This document shows, piece by piece, positions 19,676 through 30,073 of a DNA stretch of 64,000 bases. Positions within the stretch are counted from its first letter, which is position 1; the number at the start of each line of letters is the position of its first letter. Source of the stretch: Planctomycetota bacterium (GTDB lineage Bacteria > Planctomycetota > UBA1135 > UBA2386); NCBI GenBank assembly GCA_965223545.1, contig OZ245006.1, forward strand, positions 1,664,001-1,728,000, given 5' to 3'. The position numbers and the translations under genes are program-made. A model generated the notes under the pieces. That model made no database searches. It was not told the origin of the DNA and saw nothing but the letters and a program-made list of their open reading frames with translations.

Positions 19676-21727
19676 TCACAGGCCGACGACCACCCGCAAA
19701 CCGTTGCTCATCGCCAGCACGCCGGCAAACGCACCGTTCGCGTCGAACACTCCGCTCTGGAAGAACAAGTCCAACCCCGCGAGCGCGGGCACATTGGGGA
19801 TTCCGAACACGAAGTCGTGACGTCCGGCGGAATCGGTGAAGCGCAGCACTCCCTGCGAAGGTGGTGCCAAGTAGTAGGAACAACCTCCGGACAGCGCGGC
19901 CGTGGCCTGATCCGCCGCGACGAACACCAGGGCTGGGGCGAGAGGGCGCGCGTTGTCCAGCGCGACCCCGAAGCTCGCGTTGCCCACCGTCGGCTGCCCG
20001 ATCCCCTGCAACGAGGGCACCAGTCCACCGGTGCCGGCGCAACCAACACCGAAGGGCTGGGCAGCTCCCACCGCCATCCCTGCCGTCACCGTGATGTCAT
20101 CCGACCCTTGGTTGGCAACCACGATGTCATCCAGGCCGTCGCCGGTCACATCGCCGACAGCGACCGCGACCGGGTTGGTGCCCACCCCCACTGCAGCCGA
20201 GCGCGCGAACGCCAGCGCGCCCGCATCGAATCCGGCGAGCGACCAGGCATCGCCTGATCCCGCGTTGACGACCGCCACGTCACGCAGCAAGAAGAACCCT
20301 GGGAGAGAGTCGCCGTCGACCTCGCCACAGGCGACATCGACCGCCAGCGTGCCCGGCACGGCGAGGTCCGCCGCCGCGGTGAAGTCGAGCCCGTCCAGCG
20401 GCGGCGCTCCCGTGTAGAGCAACACGCGGAGCGTGTTCGCCGGGGTCGGGAACAGAACCGGCAGCAGCGCAACCATGTCGGGAGCACCATCGCCATCCAA
20501 GTCTCGGCAGCAGACCCCGCTCGCCAGACCATCGGTCGGCAGGTCGATCGCGCCGGCGAGCGTCAACGCGCCGGCGCCGTCGTTCTCCAACAGCAGCAAC
20601 TGGTCAGGGCTGCCCTGCGAGACCGCAACCACGTCGAAATCACCATCACCATCCAGATCACACATCTCGACCGCCACGGCGCGATCGGCGACGCCGCCCA
20701 ACGCCACCGCTGCGAACGCGGCGCCACCGAGGCGGACCTCCACCCCGGCCCCACCGGAGAGCAGCGCGCCCTCGAGTCCGACCACGACGTCGTCCCGGCC
20801 GTCTCCGTCCAGGTCTCCGACGGCGACGCTGACCGGCCGCGTTCCGCCAGTTGGCAACGAGCTCACGCCTGGAGCAACAGAGCCGGCGTCGAGGATCACC
20901 GCTACAGTCGATGACTCGGCACACGTGACGACCAGATCGTCGGCCGCTCCGTCGCCATCGAGGTCGCCAGCGGCGATCGCCCGCGGCTCGTCGTCCGCCG
21001 CGCTCAACGCAATCGGCGACGGCACCCCGAAGCCACCGGCACCGTCGTTGGCGAAGATGAAGACATCGTCGCTGTCCGCGTTGGCGGTCGCCGCGTCGAG
21101 ATCTCCATCGCCATCGACATCCACCAGCACCACGTCTCGCGGCCCCGCAGCGACACTTGGCGTCGGGGCGTCGAACTCGACGATGTAGCCCACGATCGAA
21201 GCATTGGTCCCGACATCGTTGGCGTCGACCCATTGCCCGGCCAGCAACGTCGGACCCCAGGTGCCGAGCGACCAACAAGCGTAGTGCTCGCCTCCCGAGT
21301 TGTTCGGCTCGTTGGCCCCCCAATCGGCATACGAGAACGGCGGCGTCGCCATGCCGGTCGAACCGGACCAGAACTGAGTGCCGGCCTCGGGACCGACCAC
21401 CCAACGCCAATCGCCCTCAGCGGCGCTGTCGGAGGCTCCGACCCACGCAGTGGCCAGCTCTGCGGTCCCCAGCGCCTGCACCAAGAAGGCGTTCTCGGCG
21501 GCCGAGGTGATCGTCGCCAGATACCCCGGCTGCCCACCGAAGGACGCGGCCTGGGCGGCAGCCCGCGCGTCGGTCCATGACAACGCCGTGCGCACGAGCA
21601 TGTAGGCGTGGTCGTTGCCGCCCGCACTCGACGGCCATGTCGTCTGAGCGGCCGACGCGGGAGTCAACGTACCAATGAGGGCAACCAAGGAGGTCGCGAA
21701 CTGACGCGGGGAGATGAGTTCGAGCAT
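19676..21727 (-). CDS. Secreted C-type lectin + FG-GAP repeat protein with conserved C-terminal domain
   Basis: SWTDARAAA...LATITSAAEN...WVGASD...WGANEPNN (C-type lectin), many GDLDGDG repeats, C-terminal FGVGCAGTGG...SNGLRVVVG. Confidence 0.85.
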   Translation of the reverse strand: MLELISPRQFATSLVALIGTLTPASAAQTTWPSSAGGNDHAYMLVRTALSWTDARAAAQAASFGGQPGYLATITSAAENAFLVQALGTAELATAWVGASDSAAEGDWRWVVGPEAGTQFWSGSTGMATPPFSYADWGANEPNNSGGEHYACWSLGTWGPTLLAGQWVDANDVGTNASIVGYIVEFDAPTPSVAAGPRDVVLVDVDGDGDLDAATANADSDDVFIFANDGAGGFGVPSPIALSAADDEPRAIAAGDLDGDGAADDLVVTCAESSTVAVILDAGSVAPGVSSLPTGGTRPVSVAVGDLDGDGRDDVVVGLEGALLSGGAGVEVRLGGAAFAAVALGGVADRAVAVEMCDLDGDGDFDVVAVSQGSPDQLLLLENDGAGALTLAGAIDLPTDGLASGVCCRDLDGDGAPDMVALLPVLFPTPANTLRVLLYTGAPPLDGLDFTAAADLAVPGTLAVDVACGEVDGDSLPGFFLLRDVAVVNAGSGDAWSLAGFDAGALAFARSAAVGVGTNPVAVAVGDVTGDGLDDIVVANQGSDDITVTAGMAVGAAQPFGVGCAGTGGLVPSLQGIGQPTVGNASFGVALDNARPLAPALVFVAADQATAALSGGCSYYLAPPSQGVLRFTDSAGRHDFVFGIPNVPALAGLDLFFQSGVFDANGAFAGVLAMSNGLRVVVGL

Positions 21728-21832
21728 GGGGGTTTGGAGAGGACGATCGCGAGCGCGACCCACTCTTCCAGCGCGTGGCGCTCCTCGCAGAGGCAGCGAT
21801 TTATTTGGCGTCGAACCCGAGGAACGGTGCGC

Positions 21833-24286
21833 TCAGCGTCGCACGACGGGCAGCGAAACGGTCGGCCGGATTCCGACCGTGGACTCGTGCGCACGCTCGT
21901 GGTGGCTGTTCATTCCGTCGGCCACCGCCCCGACTGCCGGCCGCCCCCACGCGCCCCCCATCGACAACCGGTGATGGGAGGGGAACGGAGGTTTGGGCCA
22001 GGTCTGTTCCGGAGCGCCGACATAGCCATCTGCCAGATACTCCCAGACATTGCCCGCGATGTCGTGCAGACCGAACGCGTTGGGCAGGAACCGGCCGACC
22101 GGGGCATGCGCCGGCCACCCGTCGTTCCATGGCATCTGCCCCGAGAGCGACCAGTTGCTCTGGTCGAGCACGTTCGCATAGCGCTGGCAATCGTCCTCGT
22201 CGTCCCCGAAATACCACTTGGTCGCCGCGCCACCTCGGTAGGCGTAGGTCCATTGGCTCCAAGTCGGAAGCTTCATGCGAAAGCGATCGAGCACCATCAG
22301 CGCACGCCCCCAGCTCACACTCTCGACCGGATGCATGAGCGAGCACGCGAGGATCGGGTCGCCTGGTCGGTAGGCCGACGGATTGTCCCCCGCGAGGCGC
22401 AACCATTGGGCCTGCGTCAGCTCGTGCTTGGCGATCAAGAACGGCTCGACGGCAGGGGATCCCTCCCCACCACTGCCGGGAAGGAGCACGAATACGATTG
22501 CCGACCGAGCATCCAGCGAGAGTTTGCCTCCTTCACCCCGGACAGGGCACACTCCGCTGGCAACGTGGGCGAACTCGAGCAGGCCAGAATCGGGGTCGGG
22601 CCCCAGCGGCAGCAGGCCCCAGACTCGCGGCAGCCGCATCCCGAGCGATGCACGCGCGTACCGCTCGGCAACGAGCCAAGCCTCTTCGGCCTCCGAGCCC
22701 GAGTGGGTCAGATGGTCGACTTCGTCGATCAACTGCAGCCGCTGACGCACCGCCGGCATGGTCGCGTCGAGCAGCGTGCCCGGCTGGCGGCCGTCGACCA
22801 GGCGGCGCACACGTGCGACCAACGGTCCGACCTGCCGCTCGAAGGTCTCGGCGGCCGACTGGCTCGAGCGCCCCTGGCGCCACCATTCCGCCTGTTCCAC
22901 CGGCACGCGCGCCCGCTCGGCTTCCAGGGCCGGCAGCCGCCGCGCGATCTCAGCTGCAGACGCGAGCCACTTCTCGCAGTCCTCCCGGCACTCCGGACCA
23001 AGTGGCCAAAGCGACTCGTCAGCCGCTCGCTCGAGGTCGGTGAGCAGCACCGCCATGTTCACTGCGTCGAGCTTGGCCAAAGCCGCCTGCTGCAGCAACA
23101 GCCCCACGACCAGAGCGGCGAACGCCACTCCGAGGCCTGCCAGGGCCACCCGATAGCGCACGGCGTGCTTGCGCAGACGATACCAGCGGTAGCCAGAGCT
23201 GGTGATCACGATCCCGCCACTTCGGAATCGTGCAACCGCGTCTCCGAGCTCCGCGGCGGAGCTGAACCGATCCCCTGGCGCGTGTCGAGTCGCGCGTTCG
23301 CAGATCCAATCCAACTCCCCAGCGACGGTCTTCGCCAGCTGCCGCGGCGATGCACCGCGCTGCGCCGCGCGCCGCTGGGCCACGTCCCGGTCGCGATCGA
23401 CGAGCGCAGCGAAAGCCCGCGACGGCCGTAGGCCGTCGCTCTCATCCCACGGCGAGACTCCGACCAACAGCTCCACGAGCAGCACGCCAAGCGAATAGAC
23501 ATCGGCACGCACGTCGACCGGCCGATGCCCCGGCAGCCGCTGCTCGGGGCTCATGTAGCCGGGCGTCCCCAAGACGTGATGATCACCGGTCAGCCGACTC
23601 GCATCCTCGCGCATCAGCCGGGCGATGCCGAAGTCGATGAGCTTGACCTGATGGCCCCCGTCTACAGCGCGCACGAGCGTGTTGCCGGGCTTCAGGTCGC
23701 GATGAATCACACCGCGCTGGTGCGCGTGCTGCACCGCGTCGACGACCCGGCCGAACAGCTCGAGCCGATCTTCGATCCCCAGGCGTTCGCGATCGCAATG
23801 GTCGGTGATCGGGCACGCCCCCTCGACGTACTCCATCGCGAAGAACGCGCGTCCATCCTCGGCAGTTCCCGCGTCGAGGACCCGCGCAATGCAGTCGTGA
23901 TCGAGGCTCGCCAACGTGCGGCGCTCCTGCTCGAAACGCCGGACGAGCCGCGGACTCCCGATGTCCGACCGCAACAATTTGATCGCGACCCGCGACGGAA
24001 CATCGCCACCTCGCACCGCCAGGAAAACCTCGCCCATTCCCCCAGCCCCCAACCGCCGCACCACCTCATAGCGACCAACCCGCACCGGAAGTACGGAGTC
24101 AGGCTCGATTCTCTCGCTTCGCGGCGACGCCAGCAGGCTCACCGCATCGGAAGGCGGTGCATACCGCAACAATGAACGCACCTCCTCGGCGACCTCCGGC
24201 TCGCAGCTGCTGAGCAACGCCTCGCGCGTCACGGGATCGGCGCGTCGCGCTGCCAAGAACAAGTCACGTACGTCGACGCCGGTCAT
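21833..24286 (-). CDS. Ser/Thr kinase fused to a formylglycine-generating-enzyme (SUMF1)-like domain
   Basis: LGAGGMGEV, HRDLKPGN, DFG, GTPGYMSPE; TM; HELTQAQW, HPVESVSW, PNAFGLHDIAGNVWE. Confidence 0.9.
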   Translation of the reverse strand: MTGVDVRDLFLAARRADPVTREALLSSCEPEVAEEVRSLLRYAPPSDAVSLLASPRSERIEPDSVLPVRVGRYEVVRRLGAGGMGEVFLAVRGGDVPSRVAIKLLRSDIGSPRLVRRFEQERRTLASLDHDCIARVLDAGTAEDGRAFFAMEYVEGACPITDHCDRERLGIEDRLELFGRVVDAVQHAHQRGVIHRDLKPGNTLVRAVDGGHQVKLIDFGIARLMREDASRLTGDHHVLGTPGYMSPEQRLPGHRPVDVRADVYSLGVLLVELLVGVSPWDESDGLRPSRAFAALVDRDRDVAQRRAAQRGASPRQLAKTVAGELDWICERATRHAPGDRFSSAAELGDAVARFRSGGIVITSSGYRWYRLRKHAVRYRVALAGLGVAFAALVVGLLLQQAALAKLDAVNMAVLLTDLERAADESLWPLGPECREDCEKWLASAAEIARRLPALEAERARVPVEQAEWWRQGRSSQSAAETFERQVGPLVARVRRLVDGRQPGTLLDATMPAVRQRLQLIDEVDHLTHSGSEAEEAWLVAERYARASLGMRLPRVWGLLPLGPDPDSGLLEFAHVASGVCPVRGEGGKLSLDARSAIVFVLLPGSGGEGSPAVEPFLIAKHELTQAQWLRLAGDNPSAYRPGDPILACSLMHPVESVSWGRALMVLDRFRMKLPTWSQWTYAYRGGAATKWYFGDDEDDCQRYANVLDQSNWSLSGQMPWNDGWPAHAPVGRFLPNAFGLHDIAGNVWEYLADGYVGAPEQTWPKPPFPSHHRLSMGGAWGRPAVGAVADGMNSHHERAHESTVGIRPTVSLPVVRR
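24091..24119 (+). repeat. REP-like unit embedded in the kinase CDS
   Basis: GTACGGAGTCAGGCTCGATTCTCTCGCTT (1 mismatch to consensus); read as SERIEPDSV in the kinase frame. Confidence 0.85.
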
Positions 24287-24435
24287 GCCTCCGCGATCTC
24301 GCGCGCCAACCATGCCGACGAGTACGCCCAGTCACCCTTGACCGTGCGCTCGGAGACCCCGAGCACCGACGCCGTCTCCGCAACGGGAAGCCCAGCGATC
24401 GCACGAAGCTCGACCACGGCGCGGTAACGCTCGTT
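24283..24435 (-). pseudogene. Remnant (region 4 only) of a kinase-associated ECF sigma factor
   Basis: RAVVELRAIAGLPVAETASVLGVSERTVKGDWAYSSAWLAREI; ATGA overlap with the kinase; only ~150 bp upstream before the divergent gene and no region 2 recognised. Confidence 0.7.
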
Positions 24436-24583
24436 ACCTGAGGTCTCGGCGGGGCTGGCCATCGGTGGAACCGAGATGATGCACGGCCTCGGTCGCCAAC
24501 GCCACCACACCCGTTCTGCCTTGTCGAGCCACGTCTCCCCAACCAGCACCTGGCGGTCGGACTTGTCGAAGTAGGATGGTGCG

Positions 24584-26119
24584 ATGACCGACCCCGTTGT
24601 CACCGACGTCAAGCCTCGCCCCATCGAGCTGAAGACCGGCGAGTCGTACTACTACTGCGCCTGCGGCCGCAGCCGCAGCCAGCCATTCTGCGACGGATCC
24701 CACCAGGGCACCGGCATCACGCCGTTGGAGTTCCAGGTCGAGAAAGCGGGGGAGAGCTACCTCTGCATGTGCCGGCAGTCGGGCAACCGACCGTTCTGCG
24801 ACGGCACCCACGCGCGGCTGCCCGACGGCATCGTCGGCACCGAGTATCGGCGGCCAAGCGACGGCGACGCGGCGCCCGAGGCCGCGCCGACGCCGGAGGA
24901 ACCGCACGTCGCGTTGATCCACCAGCTCGCGCGCGAGGGGCTGGCCAAGTTGGGGCACCACGGCCCCATGGCCGCGATGGGCGTGCCGCGCGACGCGCTG
25001 CCGCAGTGGGACGCGATCCAAGTCATGGTCGCGCAGCTCGACCCCAAGCCACTGCTCGACGACGCGGCAGTCGAGACCGCGCTGGTCATCGGCCCACGGG
25101 CCAAGCGCCCGCTGTCGCTGTCGATGCCACTGTTCGTCTCCGACATGAGCTTCGGCGCGCTTTCCGAAGAGGCGAAGGTCGCGATGGCCACTGGCGCGGA
25201 CCGCGCCGGCACCGGCATCTGCTCCGGCGAGGGCGGCATGCTGCCCGAGGAACAGGCCGCCAACCGGCGCTACCTCTACGAGCTCGCCTCCGCGCGCTTC
25301 GGCTACAACGAAGAGCTCCTGACGCGGGTGCAGGCGTTTCACTTCAAGGGCGGCCAGGGGGCGAAGACCGGCACCGGCGGCCACCTGCCCGCGGCCAAGA
25401 ACATCGGCAAGATCGCTCGGGTCCGGGGCCTGCCGGAGGGCACACCCGCGATCTCGCCGGCGACGTTCGCGGACCTCGTCACTCCCGCCGACTTCCGCAA
25501 GGTCGCCGATCGCGTGCGCGAGGTCAGCGGCGGGATTCCGATCGGCTTCAAGCTGTCGGCAAACCGCATCGAACGCGACCTGGACTTCGCGCTCGAGGTG
25601 GGCGTCGACTACATCATTCTCGACGGGCGCGGCGGCGGCACCGGTGCGGCGCCACTGCTGTTTCGCGACCACATCTCGGTGCCGACGATCCCGGCGCTCG
25701 CCCGGGCGCGCCGGCACTTGGACGCACGCGGCCAGCAGGGCAAGGTCACGCTGATCGCGACCGGTGGCCTGCGCGTGCCCGCCGACTTCATCAAGGCGAT
25801 GGCGCTCGGGGCGGATGGCATCGCGCTGGCAAACTCGGCAATGCAAGCGGTGGGCTGCGTCGGTGCGCGCATCTGCAACACCAACCTGTGTCCCGCCGGC
25901 ATCGCAACCCAGGATCCCGCCCTGCGAGCGCGGCTGGATCCCGAGGCCGGCGCCGAACGCGTGGCGACCTTCCTGCGCGCCGCGGTGGAGCTCATGCAAG
26001 TGATGGCGCGCGCCTGCGGGCACGCTCGCCTCGCCGATTTCGGTCTGCAAGACATCGCCACGTGGGACCGGCAACTGGCCGACCTCGCCGGGATCCCGTT
26101 CGCCGGGGTCGAGCGCTGA
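24584..26119 (+). CDS. CDGSH iron-sulfur domains + FMN-binding glutamate synthase-family protein
   Basis: CACGRSRSQPFCDGSH and CMCRQSGNRPFCDGTH; MSFGALS, SGEGG, GQGAKTGTGGHLP, DGRGGGTG, CVGARICNTNLCPAGIATQ. Confidence 0.9.
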   Translation: MTDPVVTDVKPRPIELKTGESYYYCACGRSRSQPFCDGSHQGTGITPLEFQVEKAGESYLCMCRQSGNRPFCDGTHARLPDGIVGTEYRRPSDGDAAPEAAPTPEEPHVALIHQLAREGLAKLGHHGPMAAMGVPRDALPQWDAIQVMVAQLDPKPLLDDAAVETALVIGPRAKRPLSLSMPLFVSDMSFGALSEEAKVAMATGADRAGTGICSGEGGMLPEEQAANRRYLYELASARFGYNEELLTRVQAFHFKGGQGAKTGTGGHLPAAKNIGKIARVRGLPEGTPAISPATFADLVTPADFRKVADRVREVSGGIPIGFKLSANRIERDLDFALEVGVDYIILDGRGGGTGAAPLLFRDHISVPTIPALARARRHLDARGQQGKVTLIATGGLRVPADFIKAMALGADGIALANSAMQAVGCVGARICNTNLCPAGIATQDPALRARLDPEAGAERVATFLRAAVELMQVMARACGHARLADFGLQDIATWDRQLADLAGIPFAGVER

Positions 26120-26182
26120 TCCGGGGTCGACCGCGGTTTTCGGTCCCGGATTCCCGCGCGGCGGAGTTTGGGACAACGAGCG

Positions 26183-29062
26183 ATGAGCCACATCGACCAC
26201 ACCGACCACGCCGACCTCGAGCTCTTGCTGGGGCATGCCGGTTGGCTGCGCGCTTTGGCCGGGCAGCTGGTGGGCGACGGCGCGGTCGCTGACGATCTCG
26301 TGCAGGAGACCTGGCTGCGCACCCTGCGCCGGCCACCCCGCGCCGGCGTCGCGGTTCGCGCATGGCTGGCCCGCGTCCTGAGCAACACCGCCGCCAGCGC
26401 AGTGCGCCAGGAGCAGCGGCAACGGCGGCGTGAGCACGCCGCGGCGCGCGCCGACTGGGTCGACCCCGCTCCTTCACTCCTGCAGCGCGCCGAGTTGCAG
26501 GCCGCGCTGGCAGCCGCCGTGCGCGCTCTTCCCGAGCACGAGCGCGCCGTCGTGGTCCTGCGCCACTACGACGAGCTGCCGCCGAAGCAAGTCGCCGAAC
26601 GGTTGGCGCTGCCGGAGGGCACCGTGCGCAAACGCCTGCAACGTGCTTATCAACGACTGCGGCTGAGCCTGCAGCGCCGCGCCGGGCCGTCGTGGCGCGG
26701 CGTGGTGGCGGTCGCGCTCGGGCTGCGTCCCGGGACGGACGGACCTGCGCCGGGGCTCGCCGAGCTCGGCGCCGCCGCCACGCCGCGAGCCTTGACGATG
26801 GGAGCGATCATGACCTCGAACGCGATCAAGACCGGCCTCGGAATCGGCGTCGGTGGCCTGCTCTTGCTCGGCTGGTGGACCGCGCGGGCAACGCCGGGCG
26901 ATCTGCCTCTACCCCCGGCGGAGATCGCGGAGGCGCCACATCTGGTCGGCGGATCGCCGCCCCGGGACGCAACCGAAAGAACCCCCGCCGACACGCGGAC
27001 CACCATCGACGAACCGGTCCGTGTCGAGCGCAGTCACGACCTACCGCCGGGACGCGCCGGCTGGACCGGCCGGGTCGTGCATGCCGACGGCCGGCCAGCT
27101 CCCGAGGCATCGGTCCTGGTCAGCAGTGGCGCGTTCGCGACCGTGCTGGCCACCGATGCAGAGGGCCGCTTTGCATGGACCAAGCGGTCCGGCAGGCGTT
27201 GGCGCGGTTCGAGCTTCGCCGGCGTGCTGGCCGGTCATCTCGGCGAGTGGCGCTCTGCCCCCGCCGACCGACCGCCTCGCGAGCTCGTGCTCCCTCTTGC
27301 GCCCGCGACCGAAGTCACCCTGCGCGTCGTCGACGATGCCACCGGGGCTCCGGTCGCCGGCGTGCCCCTACAGCTCACCCTCGCCGGCGCGGTGTCGACG
27401 GCGCGGTCGGACAGCGATGGCCTGGCGCGGCTGAGCGCCCGCGGAGAAGGGATTGCCCGCCTCACCGTCCGTGACTGGGGGCCGGTGCTCGGCATGGACC
27501 TGCAGCGCGAGGTGCGCGGCGGCGCGTTGGTGGATGCGGAGATCCGCGTGCGCCTCTATCCGCGCACCGCGCGGCTGCGCGCCGTCGAGCACCGGACCGG
27601 CCGACCGGTCGCCGGCGTTCAGTGGACCCGCGCCATCGCTCCCGACGGGCCGGGCGATCCCGGCGATGGCCCCTACCTGCGCGGCGCGTGGCCGAAGCTC
27701 CCGCTGTCCGCCGATGCCCGCGGCGTGGTCACGGTGCGGCTGCCCGACGACGAGCACGGCATCTACGTCCGCGCCGCCGCACCGGGCTACTTCGCGGCCG
27801 CGGTCACCGTCCTGAGCGAACAGCCCACCGTGATCGACGTCCCGCTGCGGCCCGTGCATCGCACCGAGGTGCAAGTGGTCGCCGCCGGTGAGCCCTTGGC
27901 GGGCGTCGCGCGCATTCACTGGCGCGCGCCGGCGGTCTTCGAACCGCTGCCGCGCGCCGCCCGCTCGGCGGCCCACCGGCCGCGATGGCCGGGAGTCGAG
28001 CAAAGCGGAGTGGTGCAGACGGATGCCAGTGGACGCGCGACGCTGCCCGTGCCGGCGGAGGCGGCGGTGCCGGAGGTGTTCGAGCTCGAAGTCGAGGCGG
28101 CCGACGGCCGCCGTCGCAGCTACGGGCAGTTGCAGGGCGCGCACATGCCGCCCCCACCGTGGCTGCTCGACGTCGCGCCGCCGCGGGCCGAGATCGCGGT
28201 ACGCGTCGTCGACGACGCAGGGCTGCCGGTCGCGGGTGCCGAGGTCGTGCTGACACCGTGGGTGCAACGCTCGGCCGACGGCTATCAGGACCGCGTGCGC
28301 GCCGGCGCCGCCGCCGGCGCGCTGGACGAAGTGACCGGCGCGCGCCACGTCGAGCGCACGGATGACGATGGCATGGTCCGGGCGCGCGTGTACGCGCCCT
28401 CGGAGCTCGCGGTCGAGGTTCGCCGGGGCGACCCCACGACTCGCGCAACCCGCACGATGGTCGCCGGCGAGTCCGCCACGATGGAGGTGCGCCTACAGGC
28501 GCCACCCGATCCAGGGCTCGCGATCCACGGCCGAGCGGTGCCGCGGCACGGGCGTTGGCAGCCTGGCCGGGTTCGGCTCGAGGCGCGCGCGCTCGACCTG
28601 CCCGCCGATGCCGACTGGCGCCAGCGGCAGCCGGTGCGGGCGCGCGTCGCGGACGACGGTTCGTTCGCGATCTCCGGCCTCGCGCCGGGGCGGTATCAGC
28701 TGCACTCGCCGTGGAGCGCAGCGCAAGACGACGTCATCGCCACCGCGGGCGACCGCGGCGTGCAGGTCGTCGTCCCGCCCGTCGTCGACCTGCGCGTCAC
28801 GGTCGTCGATGCCCACACCGGACGCCGGCTGCCGGGTGCGCTCGTCGACGTGCAGTGCGGCGACCCACGACAGTGGTGGACGCTGTCCAGCGCGGCCCCA
28901 GGCGCCCGCACCAACGACGGCGTCGTCTTCGCGCCGCGGTGGGCCGCGGACTTCACCGCCGTGCGCGCCCGCGCTCCGGGTTATTCGGCGAGCACGGTTT
29001 CGTTGACGGCAGCGTCGCCCACCGAACTCGGCGGCGTCGTGGTTGCGCTCGTGCCCGAGTGA
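26183..29062 (+). CDS. ECF sigma factor with TM and long C-terminal extension (carboxypeptidase-regulatory-like beta-sandwiches)
   Basis: ADDLVQETWL, WLARVLSN, LPEHERAVVVLRHY...VAERLALPEGTVRKRLQRA; TM; repeated GRVV..DG.P...A.V and TDA.G.F units. Confidence 0.85.
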   Translation: MSHIDHTDHADLELLLGHAGWLRALAGQLVGDGAVADDLVQETWLRTLRRPPRAGVAVRAWLARVLSNTAASAVRQEQRQRRREHAAARADWVDPAPSLLQRAELQAALAAAVRALPEHERAVVVLRHYDELPPKQVAERLALPEGTVRKRLQRAYQRLRLSLQRRAGPSWRGVVAVALGLRPGTDGPAPGLAELGAAATPRALTMGAIMTSNAIKTGLGIGVGGLLLLGWWTARATPGDLPLPPAEIAEAPHLVGGSPPRDATERTPADTRTTIDEPVRVERSHDLPPGRAGWTGRVVHADGRPAPEASVLVSSGAFATVLATDAEGRFAWTKRSGRRWRGSSFAGVLAGHLGEWRSAPADRPPRELVLPLAPATEVTLRVVDDATGAPVAGVPLQLTLAGAVSTARSDSDGLARLSARGEGIARLTVRDWGPVLGMDLQREVRGGALVDAEIRVRLYPRTARLRAVEHRTGRPVAGVQWTRAIAPDGPGDPGDGPYLRGAWPKLPLSADARGVVTVRLPDDEHGIYVRAAAPGYFAAAVTVLSEQPTVIDVPLRPVHRTEVQVVAAGEPLAGVARIHWRAPAVFEPLPRAARSAAHRPRWPGVEQSGVVQTDASGRATLPVPAEAAVPEVFELEVEAADGRRRSYGQLQGAHMPPPPWLLDVAPPRAEIAVRVVDDAGLPVAGAEVVLTPWVQRSADGYQDRVRAGAAAGALDEVTGARHVERTDDDGMVRARVYAPSELAVEVRRGDPTTRATRTMVAGESATMEVRLQAPPDPGLAIHGRAVPRHGRWQPGRVRLEARALDLPADADWRQRQPVRARVADDGSFAISGLAPGRYQLHSPWSAAQDDVIATAGDRGVQVVVPPVVDLRVTVVDAHTGRRLPGALVDVQCGDPRQWWTLSSAAPGARTNDGVVFAPRWAADFTAVRARAPGYSASTVSLTAASPTELGGVVVALVPE

Positions 29063-29997
29063 CGCGGCGTGGTCGTCTCCGCGCCAGTCGCTTCCGCGGC
29101 GAGCTCGTGGTGCGGCACGGCGAAGCCGAGAACGTCTGCCGGCGTCACGTTGCGGCGCGGCACTGCGCGGCGGCAAGACTCGTCCACGAGCACCGTGCAG
29201 ACCACTCCGTTGTAGCCGGGCAACCCGGCGGCCAGCCGGTCGGCCCGCATCAGCAGCGCAGCCGCCCGTCGGCCGAAGACGCGCCGCAGCAACGGGCACA
29301 GCGCACCGTAGGCCTTGGCGACGACCGACGTCGCTCGCCGCGGCCGCGTGGCGTTGACGAAGACGATGGGCAGCCACAACAGCGAACTCAGGATGCGGCG
29401 CGACCGCAGCACGAGACCGCGGTCAGCCAAGCCGTCGAAGCTCCGATCGGTCAACGCGTGGATGTGCGCGTGCGGAATCCGCCGGCGAATGTTCTCTGCC
29501 ACGGTGCGCGGCGACTCGGCCGGCACGGTGACGATCACCGCGCGGCGCGCGACGCGCAACAGCTCGTCCATCGCACCCTGCAAGTCCTGCACGTGCTCCA
29601 GCGTCTCGCTGCACAGCACCACGTCGAAGGAGTCGTCGGCGAACGGCAACCCGTGGATGTCGATTGGCTGTGCTTCGAGACCGTAGATGGCGCGCGCCCG
29701 CAAACAGGCCTGCTCGGAGAGATCGGTGGTCACCACACGCGGCGTGCCGAAGAGATGACGCACCAGCGCGGCCTTGTAGCCCTCGCTACCGCCGACATCC
29801 AAGAACGAGGCGAAGTCGAGGCCCGCGAGCTCGCGCGCGATGTGGTAGGTGATGGTGTACGAGCGCACCGACGCCGGCTCGCACGGCTCGACTCGAAAGC
29901 CGTAGATCGGTTGGTGCGCGCGATAGACCCCGCGATGGTCGGACTGCTGATAGCGCTGCTCGAGCCAATCCTTGGTCGCGGCGGTGTACGAGTCCAT
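28981..29997 (-). CDS. Class I SAM-dependent methyltransferase
   Basis: FLDVGGSEG, LPFADDSFDVVLCSETLEHV. Confidence 0.85.
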   Translation of the reverse strand: MDSYTAATKDWLEQRYQQSDHRGVYRAHQPIYGFRVEPCEPASVRSYTITYHIARELAGLDFASFLDVGGSEGYKAALVRHLFGTPRVVTTDLSEQACLRARAIYGLEAQPIDIHGLPFADDSFDVVLCSETLEHVQDLQGAMDELLRVARRAVIVTVPAESPRTVAENIRRRIPHAHIHALTDRSFDGLADRGLVLRSRRILSSLLWLPIVFVNATRPRRATSVVAKAYGALCPLLRRVFGRRAAALLMRADRLAAGLPGYNGVVCTVLVDESCRRAVPRRNVTPADVLGFAVPHHELAAEATGAETTTPRHSGTSATTTPPSSVGDAAVNETVLAE

Positions 29998-30073
29998 GCC
30001 TTCTCATCGGCGCCCTGCCGGCAGCGCCTGTGGCAAAACCATCGATGCGAACGGCGGTTCAGCGGCCGCAACC

